Positions 23,983-24,692 of a stretch of DNA of 24,692 nucleotides are shown here, piece after piece. The stretch's first letter is position 1. Each line of letters opens with the position of its first letter. Made by a program: the position numbers and the translations under genes. The notes below the pieces were generated by a model. It had not been told where the DNA came from. It ran no database searches and was given only the letters and a program-made list of their open reading frames with translations. Source of the stretch: a virus (Duplodnaviria > Caudoviricetes); IMG/VR virus record IMGVR_UViG_3300012232_000049, positions 1 through 24,692 of that record. One strand, written 5' to 3'.

Positions 23983-24052
23983 TCTGGCGTAGTACCGGCG
24001 AGCACATCTTGTTATACCTCTCCGAGGTGTGCTCGCTGGCCTTATTCCAGAC
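23982..24052 (+). other. Long interrupted intergenic hairpin C
   Basis: GTCTGG/CCAGAC outer stem and CCGGCGAGCACATCTT/GAGGTGTGCTCGCTGG inner stem. Confidence 0.75.
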
Positions 24053-24069
24053 AACTAGGAAGAGGAGTT

Positions 24070-24306
24070 ATGACAGAAGCACAACGCATTCACGAGCACA
24101 ACATGAACGCAGCAGCAGAGGCACAGTACGAACATGATTGCGAAGAGGGTATCCTTAGCGATTACGAGACGTGTTCGTCATGTCTTAAGGTCGTACTTGA
24201 TGCAAGCTTGACTGAAGTTACACTAGGTCGTGTATGTCCTACGTGTCTCGAGACCATCAATAGATTAGTCGCTGATGCGAACGATCTAGGTGATAACGTC
24301 ATATGA
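24070..24306 (+). CDS. Small zinc-finger-like protein (CxxC...CxxC)
   Basis: CSSC and CPTC pairs; GAGGAG RBS. Confidence 0.72.
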   Translation: MTEAQRIHEHNMNAAAEAQYEHDCEEGILSDYETCSSCLKVVLDASLTEVTLGRVCPTCLETINRLVADANDLGDNVI

Positions 24307-24383
24307 TAGGCTATGCGGTCTGTGCTGTCCTTCTTTTAGGCGTCCTAGGTTTGTTACTTGCGATTGCCAAAGGGATGCTATAA
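24303..24383 (+). CDS. 26-aa hydrophobic peptide MIGYAVCAVLLLGVLGLLLAIAKGML
   Basis: ATGA overlap with the upstream stop; AGGTGA upstream; single TM helix; below the track cutoff. Confidence 0.55.
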   Translation: MIGYAVCAVLLLGVLGLLLAIAKGML

Positions 24384-24417
24384 AATAGTAATAGCGAAAG
24401 GAGAAGCCGTGACCTAA

Positions 24418-24669
24418 ATGGACAAGCCATCAGGAAACGAAACAGTTGCAAAGTCCTGTGGCGCTATCATTATAGGAATGCCCATAGTGGCCATTGGCCT
24501 CATACTATGTTTGAGTGTCATCGGCATCATTCCAGGAATCATTCTTATAGTACTAGGTAGCACACCACTCTTCATAGTCCAGAAAAGGAGCATTGAACAT
24601 AAGGTCGCATGGCAATTAAGAGACCATCCACTAGATGATACACCACCACCATGGATCGTTGACGAATGA
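24418..24669 (+). CDS. Membrane protein (2 TM, 83 aa)
   Basis: Hydrophobic hairpin 'AIGLILCLSVIGIIPGIILIVLG'; AAAGGAG upstream. Confidence 0.72.
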   Translation: MDKPSGNETVAKSCGAIIIGMPIVAIGLILCLSVIGIIPGIILIVLGSTPLFIVQKRSIEHKVAWQLRDHPLDDTPPPWIVDE

Positions 24670-24692
24670 TCAACGCCGTTGTTTCCCAAAAG

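Noticed and set aside
24666-24692. ORF starting at the ATGA overlap (MINAVVSQK...)
   Set aside because: Only 9 codons are visible before the window ends; it cannot be supported.

Overview
This window is part of a tailed dsDNA (siphovirus-like) phage genome. The host is most likely an actinobacterium, inferred from an actinobacterial-type short-arm tRNA-Leu(UAA), an Rpf-like gene, an M15-type endolysin and small proteins resembling actinophage families. It has two divergent arms. The minus arm (1-18,530) is a late/structural operon, in transcription order: small Cys/His protein, 181-aa putative fibre subunit, 2113-aa repeat protein, small adaptor, probable small terminase, large terminase, Mu-like portal, a cell-wall/lysis cassette (clan GH-A glycoside hydrolase, holin-like protein, M15-type peptidase, Rpf-like transglycosylase, unannotated 24-aa membrane peptide), Mu-like protease/scaffold, decoration protein, major capsid, head-tail connectors and tail tube (cut by the window edge). 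The plus arm (18,700-24,692) holds small early-type genes behind sigma70/SigA-like promoters and is rich in RNA structure. Highlights: (1) a complete type II hammerhead ribozyme between two early genes; (2) three copies of a putative late promoter with a conserved 15-bp box exactly 31 bp from the -10 element; (3) three Xis/HTH-like paralogs, each first in its own transcript; (4) a giant protein with about 50 'TTW' repeats and five about 220-aa domains, preceded by a possible RBS-sequestering RNA switch; (5) a multi-enzyme lysis cassette inside the head module. All family assignments come from recognising motifs and gene order by eye. No searches were run.
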